DNA of 41,558 nucleotides from Solirubrobacterales bacterium (GCA_051954315.1 JBQCHW010000070.1:1-41558), one strand, 5' to 3'; positions 1 to 9,105 are shown, counted from the stretch's first letter. Made by a program: numbers and translations. Notes: generated by a model from the sequence alone, not told the origin.

Positions 1-3000
1 GGACGGGTCGGTCCTCGTCTTCGAGTCCAAGGCACGACTTACCGCCGATGACAACGCGGGCCATACCGCGATCTATCGCTACGACGATGTCGACAACAGC
101 CTCGTCTGCGTCTCCTGCGGGCCACTGCCGGCGACCAAAGACGCGCGCCTCCAGGACCTGGTCCGTGTCAACAACTCGATGATCATCCACAACCTCACCA
201 TGGACGGCAGTCGTGTCTTCTTCGAAACCGAAGAGGCGCTGGTCGACGACGACACCGACGGCGTCAACGACATCTACCAGTGGAGCGAGGAAGAAGGTGG
301 TGAGGGCAAGGTTGACCTGATCTCCTCCGGCAAATCCACCGCATACCCGCTGGCCGCCGGGATCGAAGCCAACTACGTTCCGACTCCCAACATTCTCCTC
401 TCGGTGACGCCCAGCGGCAAAGACGTCGTCTTCATCTCCCAGGATGCATTGGTACCCGGCGCTCCGGAGGGGGGAGCAGCCCAGATCTACGATGCCCGAG
501 TCGGCGGCGGCTTTCCGGTCCCGACGGCGCCGGCGATCTGCCAGGAGGACAGCTGCAAGGGGGGGCTGGCCAGCGTCCCGTCCTTCCTCGACCCTCCCTC
601 TCAGTCGCTCCAGGGGTCCGGCAACGTCAAGCCCCGAAAAACCAAGCACCACCGCTGCCGCGCCAGGCACAGGAAACACCGTCGCTGTGGCCGGCACAAT
701 ACCAGGGGTGCGTCGCGCCTGGCTTCCGCCAGCGCCGCCGACATCGGAAACCAGGTAGTCGGGGCCGTAACTGCAGGAGGCGCCTTGCGAGGCGATGAAG
801 CTCCGCAGGGTTCAGCTGGGACTGTCGCCGGGGATTCGACGACGGCGGTTGTCGATCCCGTGTCCTCATTCGACTATGGCATCGAAAAGGTAGGAGCGGC
901 GCTCTCGACCTCGGCGGCGGGGCTGCACCCGGACTTCAACTCCACCATCGTCCTCAATCACTCCCTCCGGGAAAACGGGGAACCGGACGAAAAAGGCGCC
1001 AGCACCGAAGAGATTTCGGTGTCGCTGCCGCCCGGCCTGGTCGGCAACCCGACTGCGACCCCCCGCTGCAAGACGGCGGAACTGGTCGCCTTCAACTGTC
1101 CGATCGCCTCTCAAGTAGGGATCGCGAAGGTCCGCGTAGCCTGGCTCGCGGGAAACCCGGCTGACGGCGGCAAACTCTCCGAGCCGCTCTACAACCTCGA
1201 ACCACCCCACCCCGACGAGGAAGTGGCGCGCCTCGGCTTCACGGCTGCCTACCCGATCTTCATCGACGTCAAGGTGCGCACGGCGGGCGACTACGGGGTG
1301 ACGGCGACCGCCTACGGGCCTCCGGGTCTGAAGGAAGTGGTGAGCGCGGAAACGATGCTGTGGGGTAACCCGGCCGATCCGAGCCACGACAAACAGCGGC
1401 TGACGCCGAAGGAAGCAAACTCCTGCGACACCGCCTGCGAAACCCCCAATGGAGTACGCAAAAGCGGCCTGGAAGCACCGCTCAAGGCCTTCATGTCGAA
1501 CCCTTCGGTCTGTCAAGAAGGCTCGGTCGACGTCGCTGTCAAGAGCTACCAGCTCCCCGGCCAGACCTTTACCGCCTCGGCCCCCCTGGCCCCGATCACC
1601 GACTGCACCGGCCTCCCCTTCGCCCCCAGCTTCGAAGCAGACCCCACCAGCCACGAGGCAGGGGCCCCCACCGGCCTGAAGACGGTCCTGAGGCTCCCCC
1701 AGCACCTGGGCGAAGAAGAACGCGCCACCGCCACCATGCGCGAAGCGAGGGTCACCCTCCCCGAGGGCATGCAGGTAGCCGCAGGAGCCGCCAACTGGAT
1801 CGGCACCTGCTCAGAGGCCCAGGTCGGCTACCACCAGGAAGTCGACACCGCCTGCCCGGACAACTCAAAGCTCGGCACCGCCACGATCATCTCCCCGGCC
1901 CTTTCGGTCCCGATCGAGGGCACGATCTACCAGCGCAGCCCCGAACCGGGCCGCCAGCTCGGCCTCTGGCTGACCGCCGACGCCCTCGGCCTCCACGTCA
2001 AGCTCCCCGGCTCCCTCGAGCCCGACAAGAACACCGGCCGCCTCACCGCGGTTTTCTCAGACCTCCCCCAGGTCCCCGTCGAAGAGATCGACCTGAACGT
2101 CTGGGGTGGGGAGAGGGCCCCGCTGCAGAACCCCGACCGCTGCGGCACCTTCACCACCGACTTCTCCTTTGCCTCCCATTCAGACGATCCGGCCGCAACC
2201 GGCCAGAGCACCATGGCGATCACCGAAGGCTGCAACCAGGGCTTCGACCCGACCCTGCACGCCGGCGTCACCAACCCCGTAGCCGGCAAGTACAGCCCCT
2301 TCGTCTTCGACCTCACCCGCCCCGACGGCAACCAGGCCCTGCGCGGTTTCGAGCTGAAGCTCCCCGACGGCGAGCTCGCAAAGCTCGCGGGCGTCCCGCT
2401 CTGCTCTGACGCAGACGCAGACGCCGGTACCTGCCCGCAGGGCTCGCGGATCGGCAGCCTCCAGGCCACCACCGGCCCCGGCCCCGACCCGCTCAGCATC
2501 CCCCAGCCCGGCAAGCCCCAACCCCAGATCTACCTCTCAGGCCCCTACAAGGGCTCCCCCTTCTCGATCCTCACCGAGGTCCCCGCCCAAGCAGGCCCCT
2601 TCGACCTCGGCACCCTCGCGGTAAGAAGCGGCCTCGACGTCGAACCCGAGAGCGGCCGCGCCGTGGTCAAGGCAGACCCCCTGCCCCAGTTCTTCGAAGG
2701 GGTGGGGATCGCCTACCGCCACCTCCGCGCGGTGGTAGACCGGCCCGAATTCAGCCTCAACCCGACCGACTGCCGCGAAATGGCGGTCACCTCCGACGTC
2801 ACCTCCCCCAAGGGCACGGTCGCCCATCCCGCCGCCCGCTTCCAGGTCGACGGCTGCAAGGCCTTGAAGTTCAAGCCCAAGCTTTCCTTGAAGCTGCGCG
2901 GCGGGACCAAGCGCGCCGACTACCCGGCGCTGACCGCGGTCCTGAAGGCCCGCAAGGGCGACGCCAACATCGCCTTCGCCTCGGTCGGCCTGCCGCATTC

Positions 3001-3472
3001 GGAGTTCCTGGCCCAGGAGCACATCGGCACGATCTGCACCCGCAAGCAGTTCGCCGCCGATGCCTGCCCGAAGAAGTCCGTCTACGGCAAGGCCAAGGCG
3101 ATCACGCCGCTCCTAGGCAAACCGCTCTCAGGCCCGGTCTACCTCAGGAGCTCAGATCACCCGCTGCCGGACCTAGTGGCGAAACTCGGCGGTCAGCTGG
3201 AGATCGACCTGGTCGGCCGCATCGACTCAAAGCACGGCGGCATCCGCACCACCTTCGACTCGGTGCCTGACGCCCCGGTGAGCAAGTTCGTCCTGCAGAT
3301 GCGGGGCGGCAATAAGGGGCTGCTCACCAACTCGACTGACATCTGCCGTGGCAAGCACAAGGCGACGGTGGCGATGAAGGCGCAGAACGGGCGCAGGGCG
3401 AAGCTGCGGCCTTTGCTGCAGAGGTCGGGCTGCGGGTCCGGAAAACATAGACAAAGGACTGCGCATGAGTAA
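1..3472 (+). CDS. Large secreted multidomain protein, paralogue A (5' end outside the window)
   Basis: Frame 2 is open from the window edge to TAA 3470-3472. Residues upstream of the first listed Met (DGSVLVFESKARLTADDNAGHTAIYRYDDVDNSLVCVSCGP) align with paralogue B around 38450-38640, so the gene starts before position 1. It has PD40/TolB-like 'DGS.VFFE..EAL...D.N...DIY.W' repeats, a Cys/Arg/Lys/His-rich linker (623-706) and four tandem repeat modules. GC3 is high. Confidence 0.85.
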   Translation, partial: DGSVLVFESKARLTADDNAGHTAIYRYDDVDNSLVCVSCGPLPATKDARLQDLVRVNNSMIIHNLTMDGSRVFFETEEALVDDDTDGVNDIYQWSEEEGGEGKVDLISSGKSTAYPLAAGIEANYVPTPNILLSVTPSGKDVVFISQDALVPGAPEGGAAQIYDARVGGGFPVPTAPAICQEDSCKGGLASVPSFLDPPSQSLQGSGNVKPRKTKHHRCRARHRKHRRCGRHNTRGASRLASASAADIGNQVVGAVTAGGALRGDEAPQGSAGTVAGDSTTAVVDPVSSFDYGIEKVGAALSTSAAGLHPDFNSTIVLNHSLRENGEPDEKGASTEEISVSLPPGLVGNPTATPRCKTAELVAFNCPIASQVGIAKVRVAWLAGNPADGGKLSEPLYNLEPPHPDEEVARLGFTAAYPIFIDVKVRTAGDYGVTATAYGPPGLKEVVSAETMLWGNPADPSHDKQRLTPKEANSCDTACETPNGVRKSGLEAPLKAFMSNPSVCQEGSVDVAVKSYQLPGQTFTASAPLAPITDCTGLPFAPSFEADPTSHEAGAPTGLKTVLRLPQHLGEEERATATMREARVTLPEGMQVAAGAANWIGTCSEAQVGYHQEVDTACPDNSKLGTATIISPALSVPIEGTIYQRSPEPGRQLGLWLTADALGLHVKLPGSLEPDKNTGRLTAVFSDLPQVPVEEIDLNVWGGERAPLQNPDRCGTFTTDFSFASHSDDPAATGQSTMAITEGCNQGFDPTLHAGVTNPVAGKYSPFVFDLTRPDGNQALRGFELKLPDGELAKLAGVPLCSDADADAGTCPQGSRIGSLQATTGPGPDPLSIPQPGKPQPQIYLSGPYKGSPFSILTEVPAQAGPFDLGTLAVRSGLDVEPESGRAVVKADPLPQFFEGVGIAYRHLRAVVDRPEFSLNPTDCREMAVTSDVTSPKGTVAHPAARFQVDGCKALKFKPKLSLKLRGGTKRADYPALTAVLKARKGDANIAFASVGLPHSEFLAQEHIGTICTRKQFAADACPKKSVYGKAKAITPLLGKPLSGPVYLRSSDHPLPDLVAKLGGQLEIDLVGRIDSKHGGIRTTFDSVPDAPVSKFVLQMRGGNKGLLTNSTDICRGKHKATVAMKAQNGRRAKLRPLLQRSGCGSGKHRQRTAHE
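1546..3096 (+). repeat. Direct repeat copy 1 (3' part of paralogue A), near-identical to 40008-41558
   Basis: Collinear with 40008-41558 at a constant offset of 38462 nt at both ends, so no indels. About nine of ten bases match by eye. The shadow ORFs 1546-1806(-) and 40008-40268(-) are both 86 aa and nearly identical. Confidence 0.9.
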
Positions 3473-3926
3473 GACCAGAACACACCTCTTTCTATCGATG
3501 ACCCTGCTGTCTCTGCTCGCCGCACTTGGCATCGGCGGATGCGGAAATGGTGAGGAAACGGCGGCGGCTTCGCTGCCGAAGGTCAAATTCATCAAGCAAG
3601 CGGACCTGATCTGCAGCAACGCCTCGATCGATCAGGCGAAAAAGGCCGCAAGCTACGTCTTCGATCACCCTGGGGCGAAAGAAGTAGACCTGGTGCTGCC
3701 AGCAGCGATACCTCCACTTGAACGAGAGCTCGACGAACTCGAAGAGCTTGGCGGTCCTAGCGGCGAAGAGGAAGAGTTCGCGGTCTACCTCGAGGAATTC
3801 GCGAAGGCATTGGATGAATTGAAGGCCGAACCTAAATCCGCTTTGTCTCCGGCAGACAACCCGTTCAAGAAGGCAAACAAGCTAGCGACTGAACTCCAGT
3901 CCGGAGATTGTAGTCAAACGCCATAA
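3465..3926 (+). CDS. Putative lipoprotein (153 aa)
   Basis: The ATG overlaps the upstream stop (ATGAGTAA, 3465-3472). Signal peptide with lipobox LAALGIGG|C. The mature part is acidic and helical. Confidence 0.75.
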   Translation: MSKTRTHLFLSMTLLSLLAALGIGGCGNGEETAAASLPKVKFIKQADLICSNASIDQAKKAASYVFDHPGAKEVDLVLPAAIPPLERELDELEELGGPSGEEEEFAVYLEEFAKALDELKAEPKSALSPADNPFKKANKLATELQSGDCSQTP

Positions 3927-3971
3927 GGCGCAAACCGTTCGGTCTTGCCGAGCGCACAAATAGGGGGAAGC

Positions 3972-4685
3972 ATGATCTCGAAAATGCACCAAAAGCTCGG
4001 CACCGCCGGTTTGGTGGTGGCGATCTTGGCGCTGATAGTGGCGCTTGGAGGAGTAGCCATTGCTGCCGTACCTGGCCTCAACTCAAAGCAGAAGAAGCAG
4101 GTTACGAAGATCGCGAAGAAATACGCTGGGGCTCCCGGCGCCGCTGGATCCGCAGGCTCTCAAGGGCCAAAGGGCGAGCCCGGCGCCGCCGGCAAGGACG
4201 GGACGAACGGAGTGAGCCCGGTGGGGTCAGAATTCACGGGTGAAGAAGGACCCTGCAGCGAAGGTGGGGTCAAGTTCAGTGGATCGAGCACCACGTTCGC
4301 TTGCAATGGTCGGCCGGGGCCTACGGATACCAAGCTCCCCTCGGGCGAGACCTTGAAGGGTCTGTGGCAGTTCCAGGTCAACAACAACCCGTTTGGCCTG
4401 GGGCTGATGACGATCAGCTTCCCATTACGGGTTGAACCGGGACCGGACCCCGTTTGGGTCCCCGCAGGCACCTCAGAAGGCGAAAACGAACATTGCCCTG
4501 GAGAAGTGGACAACCCGAAGGCTGACCCCGGCTACTTCTGCGTCTACGCGGGCTTGGTGCTTGGTACCGCGACCGAAGAACCTTCGTCCCTGGGCGCTGA
4601 TGCGGCGCTGGGCTATCGAGGGGAATGGGCCATCGAAGGAGAAGTTGCGCTGGCCTATGGAAGTTGGGCAGTAACCGCCGATTAG
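3972..4685 (+). CDS. Membrane-anchored collagen-like repeat protein
   Basis: ATG 3972 follows 'agggggaag'; the listed TTG at 3945 is less likely. One N-terminal TM helix (LVVAILALIVALGGVAIAAV). Nine consecutive G-X-Y triplets (GAPGAAGSAGSQGPKGEPGAAGKDGTNG). Cys-containing C-terminal domain. Confidence 0.75.
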   Translation: MISKMHQKLGTAGLVVAILALIVALGGVAIAAVPGLNSKQKKQVTKIAKKYAGAPGAAGSAGSQGPKGEPGAAGKDGTNGVSPVGSEFTGEEGPCSEGGVKFSGSSTTFACNGRPGPTDTKLPSGETLKGLWQFQVNNNPFGLGLMTISFPLRVEPGPDPVWVPAGTSEGENEHCPGEVDNPKADPGYFCVYAGLVLGTATEEPSSLGADAALGYRGEWAIEGEVALAYGSWAVTAD

Positions 4686-4719
4686 GCACTCCGACTACTT
4701 GGACGGCCGAAATCCACGG

Positions 4720-4751
4720 GCAGGGGCTGCTGATTCGGCGGCCCCTGCTTT
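4720..4751 (+). terminator. Candidate intrinsic terminator after the collagen-like gene
   Basis: 8-bp stem gcaggggc (4720-4727) / gcccctgc (4741-4748) followed by ttt. Confidence 0.4.
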
Positions 4752-4820
4752 CACAGTGGGCAAGCCGAGCGCTTCGAGCTACGGGTGTGCGCAGGGGAAT
4801 CCTGTGGGTAGAACCCAGAG

Positions 4821-7232
4821 GTGCCCCCCAGAAAAGCAGAGAAAGCCCTCTCGGAGTACGAGCGCAAGCGGGACTTCGGGAAGACCTCGGAGCCGGCGCC
4901 GAAGAAGCGGCGAGGAAAGAAGGGGGCGCCGCGGTTCGTCGTTCAGGAACACAGCGCCCGGCGGCTGCACTGGGACCTGCGGCTCGAGCATGAGGGGGTT
5001 GCTGCTTCTTGGGCTATTCCGAATGGGATTCCGGAGAGCCCGGATGAGAATCGCAAGGCAGTGCATACGGAGGACCATCCGCTCGAGTATTTGAGCTGGG
5101 AGGGGGAGATTCCGAAGGGGGAGTACGGGGCCGGGACGATGGTGGTCTGGGACTCGGGCACCTACGAGCTGGAGAAGTGGACCCAGGGGAAAGTCGTCGT
5201 CGACTTCCACGGGGAGCGGCTGCGGGGGCGGTATGCGCTGTTTCGGGCCGGCAAGGCCGAGAAGGACTGGATGATCCATCGGATCGATCCTCCTGCTCAT
5301 GAGCGCGATCCGTTTCCGGAGAACTTGGTGCCGATGCTGGCGAAGCTCTCGCAGCTGCCGCGCGACGACAGCAAGTGGGCGGTGGAGGTGAAGTGGGACG
5401 GGATCCGGGCTATCGCCTACTGCCAGCCGGGCCGGGTTCAGCTGCAGACCCGCAACCTCAACGACGTCACCGCCCAGTACCCGGAGGTGCGGCGGATATC
5501 CCGCGCCCTGGGCGCCCACGACGCCGTGCTCGACGGCGAGATCGTCGCCTTCGACGAGGAGGGCCGGCCGAGCTTCGAGCGGATGCAGCAACGCATCCAC
5601 AACACCGACGAGAACGTGATCCGGCGGCGGATGCAGACCCACCCGGTCGTCTACGTCATCTTCGACCTCCTATATCTGGACGGGCAGGACCTGACCGGGG
5701 AGCCCTACACGCGCCGGCGCGAGCTGCTGGAGGGGCTGGAGCTGAAAGGCGACGCTTGGCAGACGCCGAGCTACGCGATCGGCCACGCCGAGGAGCTGCT
5801 GGCGGCGAGCAAGGAGCAGGGACTCGAGGGTGTGATGCTGAAGCGAGCCGACTCGATCTACTGCCCCGGCAAGCGCAACGGCACCTGGCTGAAGGTCAAA
5901 AACGTCAGCCGCCAGGAGATGGTGATCGGCGGCTGGACCCCGGGCGAAGGCCGCCGCAAGGAACACCTCGGCGCCCTCCTGGTCGGTTACTTCGAAGGGG
6001 ACGGCGGCAAGCCGGTCCTCCGTTATGCGGGGAAAGTCGGGACCGGCTTCAAGGCCGCCGACCTGACCGCGATCACCGCCCGTCTAGCGCCGCTGGAGCG
6101 CAAGACGAGCCCTTTCGGCGCCGGCCCGAAACCGCCGAAAGGCGCCCGGTTCGTCGAGCCGCGCCTCGTCGCCGAGGTTGAGTTCCGCGAGATGACCGGC
6201 GAGAAACAGCTGCGCCACGCCGCATACAAAGGGATGCGGGAGGACAAGGCGGCCGACGAGGTGGTGCTGGAGCAGGCGACCGACCCACAGGGCGAGTCGG
6301 TGACTGCCACCGCCGTCAAACGCCCGCGGAACAAAGCCGCGGTCACGGTCGAAGGGCACGAGCTCGAGCTCTCCAACCTCGACAAGGTCCTCTACCCGAA
6401 GGCCGGCTTCACCAAGGGCGAGCTGATCGACTGGTACGCGCGGATCGGCGAGGTCCTGCTGCCGCACCTGCGCGGCCGGCCGCTGACCCTGAAGCGCTAT
6501 CCCAACGGCGTCGAGGGCAAACACTTCTACGAGAAGCGCTGCCCCAGCCACCGCCCTGACTGGGTGACCACGGCCAGCGTCTGGAGCGACCGCCACAAGG
6601 GCGAGATCGACTACTGCGTGGTCGAAGACGTGGCGACCCTGGTCTGGCTGGCGAACCTCGCTGACATCGAGCTTCACACCTCCCTCGCCAAAGCCGCGGC
6701 GATCGAGCGCCCGACCTCGATGGTCTTCGACCTCGACCCCGGCGCCCCCGCCGACATCATCGATTGCTGCCAGGTTGCGGTCTGGCTGCGCGGCCTCTTC
6801 GAGCAGCTCGGGCTCGAGTGCTACCCGAAGACCTCCGGCTCGAAGGGGATGCAGCTCTACGTGCCGCTGAACGGCGAGGTGACCTACGACGACACGAAGC
6901 CGTTCGCGAAAGCGGTCGCCGAGACGCTGGAGAAGCGCTTTCCCGACCGCGTCGTCTCGCAGATGTCGAAGGCGAAGCGCCCGGGCAAGGTGTTGATCGA
7001 CTGGAGCCAGAACGACCAGCACAAGACGACGGTCTGCGTCTACTCGCTGCGGGCGAAAGATCGGCCGACGGTCTCGACCCCGCTGGAGTGGGACGAGGTC
7101 ACCGCGGCGCTCGAGGGAGGCGAGGCCGACGCCCTGGTCTTCGACCACGCCGACGTGCTCGAGCGCGTCGCCGCGAAAGGCGATCTCTTCGCGCCGCTCC
7201 TGAATGAAGAGCAGGAACTCCCGAACCTCTAG
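4821..7232 (+). CDS. ligD: Multifunctional ATP-dependent DNA ligase LigD (phosphoesterase - ligase - polymerase/primase)
   Basis: GTG start. N-terminal 3'-phosphoesterase signature PRFVVQEHSARRLHWDLRLE. Ligase motif I KxDG (EVKWDGIRA, ~5387-5410). C-terminal primase-polymerase motifs (MVFDLDPG, IDWSQN). Confidence 0.92.
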   Translation: MPPRKAEKALSEYERKRDFGKTSEPAPKKRRGKKGAPRFVVQEHSARRLHWDLRLEHEGVAASWAIPNGIPESPDENRKAVHTEDHPLEYLSWEGEIPKGEYGAGTMVVWDSGTYELEKWTQGKVVVDFHGERLRGRYALFRAGKAEKDWMIHRIDPPAHERDPFPENLVPMLAKLSQLPRDDSKWAVEVKWDGIRAIAYCQPGRVQLQTRNLNDVTAQYPEVRRISRALGAHDAVLDGEIVAFDEEGRPSFERMQQRIHNTDENVIRRRMQTHPVVYVIFDLLYLDGQDLTGEPYTRRRELLEGLELKGDAWQTPSYAIGHAEELLAASKEQGLEGVMLKRADSIYCPGKRNGTWLKVKNVSRQEMVIGGWTPGEGRRKEHLGALLVGYFEGDGGKPVLRYAGKVGTGFKAADLTAITARLAPLERKTSPFGAGPKPPKGARFVEPRLVAEVEFREMTGEKQLRHAAYKGMREDKAADEVVLEQATDPQGESVTATAVKRPRNKAAVTVEGHELELSNLDKVLYPKAGFTKGELIDWYARIGEVLLPHLRGRPLTLKRYPNGVEGKHFYEKRCPSHRPDWVTTASVWSDRHKGEIDYCVVEDVATLVWLANLADIELHTSLAKAAAIERPTSMVFDLDPGAPADIIDCCQVAVWLRGLFEQLGLECYPKTSGSKGMQLYVPLNGEVTYDDTKPFAKAVAETLEKRFPDRVVSQMSKAKRPGKVLIDWSQNDQHKTTVCVYSLRAKDRPTVSTPLEWDEVTAALEGGEADALVFDHADVLERVAAKGDLFAPLLNEEQELPNL

Positions 7233-7266
7233 TTAGGAACCTCGCTCCAACGGGCAAAAGAGGCCC

Positions 7267-8283
7267 ATGGAGAGAAATTCTGCTGGGGACAGAGATCAGG
7301 TGCGCGAGCGCAACGGGCACGAGAACGTCGACCCTGTCCGCGCCGACTACGCACCCGAGGGCGCCGAGTCGAAGACCGGCCTCGGGGCGACGCTGAAACG
7401 GACGCTGACCGAGTTCCAAGAGGACAACCTCTCAGACTGGGCGGCGGCGCTCACTTACTACGGGCTGCTTTCGCTGTTCCCGGCCCTGATCGCGATGGTC
7501 TCGCTGATCGGGATCTTCGGCGATCCCCAGACCACCACTTCCAAGCTGACCGAGATCATCACCGAAATCGGCCCCGAATCGGGCGCGGAAACCTTCGAAG
7601 GGCCGATCAAATCGCTCACCGAAAACCAGAGCGCCGCCGGCTTCGCCTTCGTCTTCGGCCTCGCCGCCGCACTCTGGTCGGCCTCCGGCTACGTCGGCGC
7701 CTTCACCCGCGCCTCCAACATCATCTACGAGACCCCCGAGGGACGCCCGTTCTGGAAGCTGCGGCCGCTGCAGATCGCGGTCACCCTGGCGATGATCATC
7801 ATGATGGCGCTGCTCGCCGTCGGCCTCGTCCTCACCGGCCCGGTGGTCGAAGCCGTCGCCAACCCGATCGGTCTCAGCAGCACCGCGGTCGACGTCTGGA
7901 ACATCGCCAAGTGGCCGGTGATGGCGGCGATCTTCATCCTCATGGTCGACGTCCTCTACTACACGACCCCGAACGTGAAGCTGCGCGGGTTCAAATGGGT
8001 CACCCCCGGCGCGATCCTCTCGATTGTCGTCTGGGCGATCGCCTCGGCCCTCTTCGCCTTCTACGTCTCCAACTTCTCCTCGTACGACAAGACCTACGGC
8101 ACCCTCGCCGGGCTCGTCGTCCTGCTGCTCTGGTTCTGGATCACCAACCTGGCGATCCTCTTCGGCCACCAGATGAACGCCGAGCGCGAGCGCAGCGAGG
8201 AGATCAAGGAAGGTCAGCCGCGGGCGGAGAAGGAGATCCAGCTGGAACCGCGGGACGAGCCGAAAGACCAGAAGACCACCTGA
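7267..8283 (+). CDS. YihY/BrkB-family inner membrane protein
   Basis: The N-terminal motif LKRTLTEFQEDNLSDWAAALTYYGLLSLFPALIAM is typical of the YihY family. Multiple TM helices and a charged C-terminal tail. Confidence 0.85.
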   Translation: MERNSAGDRDQVRERNGHENVDPVRADYAPEGAESKTGLGATLKRTLTEFQEDNLSDWAAALTYYGLLSLFPALIAMVSLIGIFGDPQTTTSKLTEIITEIGPESGAETFEGPIKSLTENQSAAGFAFVFGLAAALWSASGYVGAFTRASNIIYETPEGRPFWKLRPLQIAVTLAMIIMMALLAVGLVLTGPVVEAVANPIGLSSTAVDVWNIAKWPVMAAIFILMVDVLYYTTPNVKLRGFKWVTPGAILSIVVWAIASALFAFYVSNFSSYDKTYGTLAGLVVLLLWFWITNLAILFGHQMNAERERSEEIKEGQPRAEKEIQLEPRDEPKDQKTT

Positions 8284-8309
8284 GCGTGGTGAAAGGAAGG
8301 GGACGAGGC

Positions 8310-8582
8310 ATGCGAGGTACGAAGAGGATGAAGAAGACGGCGTCGCGGGCGGTGCCGCTGGTCGTCGGCCTGGCCGAGAACGACTACGCCCGCAAGAACC
8401 TGCAGCGCGGCGCCGCCAGCCTGCGCGAGGGAGCGCGAGCGCTCGCCTCCGGGCGCACCCACCCGAAAGGCACGTGGCCGAAGCGGATCGCCGCGGTCGG
8501 CCTCGCCGGCGCGGCTGCGGCCGCGGCGATGGCGAGCAAAGGCTCCGGCTCGGGCTCGGGCAACGAGGGCGCCCAGAAATGA
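8310..8582 (+). CDS. Hypothetical small protein (90 aa), basic N-terminus, Ala-rich hydrophobic segment
   Basis: ATG 8310 follows 'gaaaggaagggga'. Strong GC3 bias in this frame. The stop overlaps the next start (ATGA at 8579-8582). Confidence 0.55.
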   Translation: MRGTKRMKKTASRAVPLVVGLAENDYARKNLQRGAASLREGARALASGRTHPKGTWPKRIAAVGLAGAAAAAAMASKGSGSGSGNEGAQK

Positions 8583-8854
8583 AGATCGTCTTCACCCCGA
8601 TCAGCATCGTCCTCGGGCTGATCGCCGGCCTGGTCGGCAAGAAGATCTTCGAACAGGTCTGGGGCCTGATCGACGAAGAGGAGCCGCCGAAGCCCGAGCA
8701 CCGCGAATTCGCCTGGCCGAAACTGATCGCGGCGCTGGTCGTCGAGGGGGCGATTTTCCGCCTCGTCAAAGGCCTCGTCGACCACGGAACCCGCACCTCC
8801 TTCGCCAAAGTCACCGGCAAGTGGCCGGGCGAGGAACGGCCGGAGCCGGAGTGA
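8579..8854 (+). CDS. DUF4235-like small membrane protein
   Basis: MKIVFTPISIVLGLIAGLVGKKIFEQVWGLI is the typical N-terminus of this family as I recall it. ATGA overlap with the upstream gene. Confidence 0.7.
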   Translation: MKIVFTPISIVLGLIAGLVGKKIFEQVWGLIDEEEPPKPEHREFAWPKLIAALVVEGAIFRLVKGLVDHGTRTSFAKVTGKWPGEERPEPE

Positions 8855-8934
8855 GCCCGCATTAGAAAGCACAACTCCGGGTAACTGTTGGAAAGAGCCA
8901 GTCGTCCAATGCAAACGGCAAATCGGAGGAGCAG

Positions 8935-9105
8935 ATGAACACCAGAGCAGACAGAGGATCCGGGGTCGGCGGAATTTCGTTGGGAGGCATCCTCGTGATC
9001 ATCGGGATCGTGCTGATGATCGTCTGGAGCTTCTGGATCGGGCTGATCATCGCCCTGATCGGGCTGATCGCCTTCGGCGGCTTCGCGCGCGGGAAGTGGT
9101 ACTAG
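8935..9105 (+). CDS. Small two-TM membrane protein (56 aa; below the ORF-track cutoff)
   Basis: ATG 8935 lies 5 nt after GGAGGA (8925-8930). Product: MNTRADRGSGVGGISLGGILVIIGIVLMIVWSFWIGLIIALIGLIAFGGFARGKWY. TAG at 9103-9105. Confidence 0.6.
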   Translation: MNTRADRGSGVGGISLGGILVIIGIVLMIVWSFWIGLIIALIGLIAFGGFARGKWY

